Shown: piece by piece, positions 61,799-64,000 of the stretch | How positions within the stretch are numbered: the first letter of the stretch is position 1 | Layout: every line of letters starts with the position of its first letter | Origin: Callorhinchus milii | Taxonomy: Eukaryota | DNA: 64,000 bases | Direction of reading: 5' to 3' | Assembly (NCBI RefSeq): GCF_018977255.1 | Contig: NW_024704742.1 | Location: 122,018,001 to 122,082,000 of the forward strand | Notes under the pieces: model-generated | The model's database searches: none | The model's input: the letters and a program-made list of their open reading frames with translations, nothing else | What the model was told of the DNA's origin: nothing | Translations under genes and position numbers: made by a program

Positions 61799-64000
61799 AA
61801 AGCAATACACCCAACATAGGGTGGTGTGTACTCCACCCAGCAGCTCTCAACTCAGATAAAAGAACGGATAAGAAGCATGCTTACAGTGCCACTTTGTAAC
61901 TGACGAACACTGAAATGAAGTGTAGGTCATTTCACCCTCTGATACCCATACCTGTGGTGAAGTGTCTCTCATCCACTCAGCACCTCCCCTGACTTCACGA
62001 TGCATTACTACACCAGCACATTGCATCAACAGGCCACTGCTGAAAATGGCCTTTCTATTTCAAAAAAAATCCAAAGCTTTCAGGAACTTTCATCTCTGGC
62101 ATGAAGCCATGTGTTAAAATGTGACTCCTGCAATTTTGAATGAGATCGGAGAAATCTGGCTGGATGTTAAAACAACATTAGTTTAATTCTCCAACTAACA
62201 TTTGCTTTGCAACTGGCTATCTGAGTCCTTGATGGCAAACATTCGAAAATGACATTGTTGACCCAATATTAACCTTCCCGAAAAAAATACTGGTGAGAAT
62301 TTCCACCTTGGTCTGACTTCCTTGGCAAATTCCGAAAACAATAATTTTGAAGCTGGTTTTCTCTATATTTCTTTTTAAAACTACAAGAAACCGACTCGAA
62401 GGTTAAGACTGAATTCCAACAATTTGCCAAGTCTAGACCAGAGTGGAATTTCTCCCCATACATTTCTGAAGAAGCTGCTTCTAGTTCACTTGGGTTAAAT
62501 GGGTTTGGCGTACCTGTTCATATCTTACAATTGGGACATGTTCAGAATTCTTTGGATGCTTTGGGCCATGTTGGTATTTTCAGTACTTTGTCTCAGAATG
62601 GAATAGGTCTAAAGTCAGCCAACAGTAGATATTTAATGCTGAAGAATCCATCATTGTAAACTGAAATAAAAACTCTCGGAATGTTTTTTACAAAGATAAT
62701 GGGAGAATTTCCTGCAGCATTAAACCAGATTTCCTACATGATGCAGGCAACTTAAAATCTGAATCCACGTTCACAATATCAGGAAGTGAAATGATACTGA
62801 ATTTAAACATGTCATCTTTTAGATTCAAATTCAAGGTATTTCATGAAAGCTTTTCAATGTATGGGTGTTAACAAAGAAACCAAATTAAACCTTTGATACT
62901 TATGATCATTACTCAAACTCCAGAATGTATGTTAATCAATTACATTTTCAGCACCTTAATGTGTAGTTATAGGTAACCAATTTTACAGCTTTTCATTCAT
63001 TGGGATTGCTTAAGGTTTGAGTATTGAAGTTGGTAAGGGGATATAGAAATACATATTTGTGTTGTGTTTACATTGGATGCTTGGCCTATATCGCTGCCAT
63101 TTTGACAATGATTTATCACCAGATGTGTGTTACTGTATAAATAGGGTCTCAGCACAAATTGTGCTAGGGCTGTATGTCAAAAGGTGGCTATAGATTTCTT
63201 CAGGAATGAAAGTTCCTGAAACCTGTGCAATATAAATGTGACAGGTGTGAATTACGATTGGTTCACTTTCCAGAGGTCCACCTGAAATTCCTGGAAATTG
63301 TGAATGGATTTAAAAAAAATTTAAATGTTGTTAAGAATTAGTTGTTTGACTTTTCTGTCTGTGATTGAAGGATATAGAGCAGTCAGATTAAACCTGAGTT
63401 TAAACTTAAGCACCCTGAGATGCTACCCTGTGCGGAGGACGGTATATAAGTGCAAGTTGTTGTTGTTGCAAGTTGTTTTAACTTGCCTGAAACAATTATG
63501 TCTGTTCGTTTAACGTGTTTGAATTTCATACTAACAGTCAGAAATTTCTGCTGTACCGTTAACTTGTCCTTAGATCTTAATTCTCTGCCTCAAATCGGAG
63601 TGCCAACTACCTGAATATTGAACGATAATTAAAATGTGCTGTTCCTGACGAAAGAAAAGATGGTAGAGAGCAGAGGTTTGACAGATCTACTTATTTCAAG
63701 TTCAGTTGACCGGAGTCTATATCTTTGCATCCTGATACTGATATCCTGTCTTTGAGCTTTTCTGAATACACTGAAAACATTTCTCACAGACTCTAATGAA
63801 AAGAGCCACAAAGCAGAATAAACATACACCCATCTCTCAAAGCTCCTAAGTCAAAACAGCTCACTTCATTAGTAAATCATTTTAATTCATTACCACACAA
63901 GTACTAATTCATAAATCTGCTAGACTGCCACCTCAGCGGCTCCAATCACTGAGGTGGAGCTTGTAATGTGACCCTCGATGCTGCACTATTGGCAGACATG

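Noticed and set aside
33560..64000. Further PDE4D exons (D8/D9 first exons, common FDVDNG exon)
   Set aside because: I found no matching peptides by eye. They probably lie beyond the window, although a diverged short exon could have been missed.

Overview
Vertebrate genomic DNA. The repeat content (tRNA-headed Deu-domain SINEs, L2 and CR1 LINEs, shark-type Penelope-like ends) points to a cartilaginous fish, probably a chimaera. The window appears to lie in the large 5' introns of PDE4D on the + strand. The only intact coding exon I recognise is the PDE4D3-specific first coding exon (32474-32520, MMHVNNFPFRRHSWI-C, phase-2 GTAAGT donor). It sits in a CpG island with upstream M-box and CRE-like motifs, and a ~775-bp 18-bp minisatellite follows it. 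The rest is mostly nested SINE/LINE debris. Most unexpected: a disrupted, strongly diverged forkhead-domain-like reading frame at ~4073-4409 that the ORF track misses. Also notable are a near-perfect 53-nt hairpin at 27485-27537, a five-copy unclassified repeat with a possible 5S box-A motif, several MITE-like inverted repeats, and a young SINE subfamily whose 3' tail matches the youngest L2. Repeat boundaries are approximate and family names are from memory, not from a database search.
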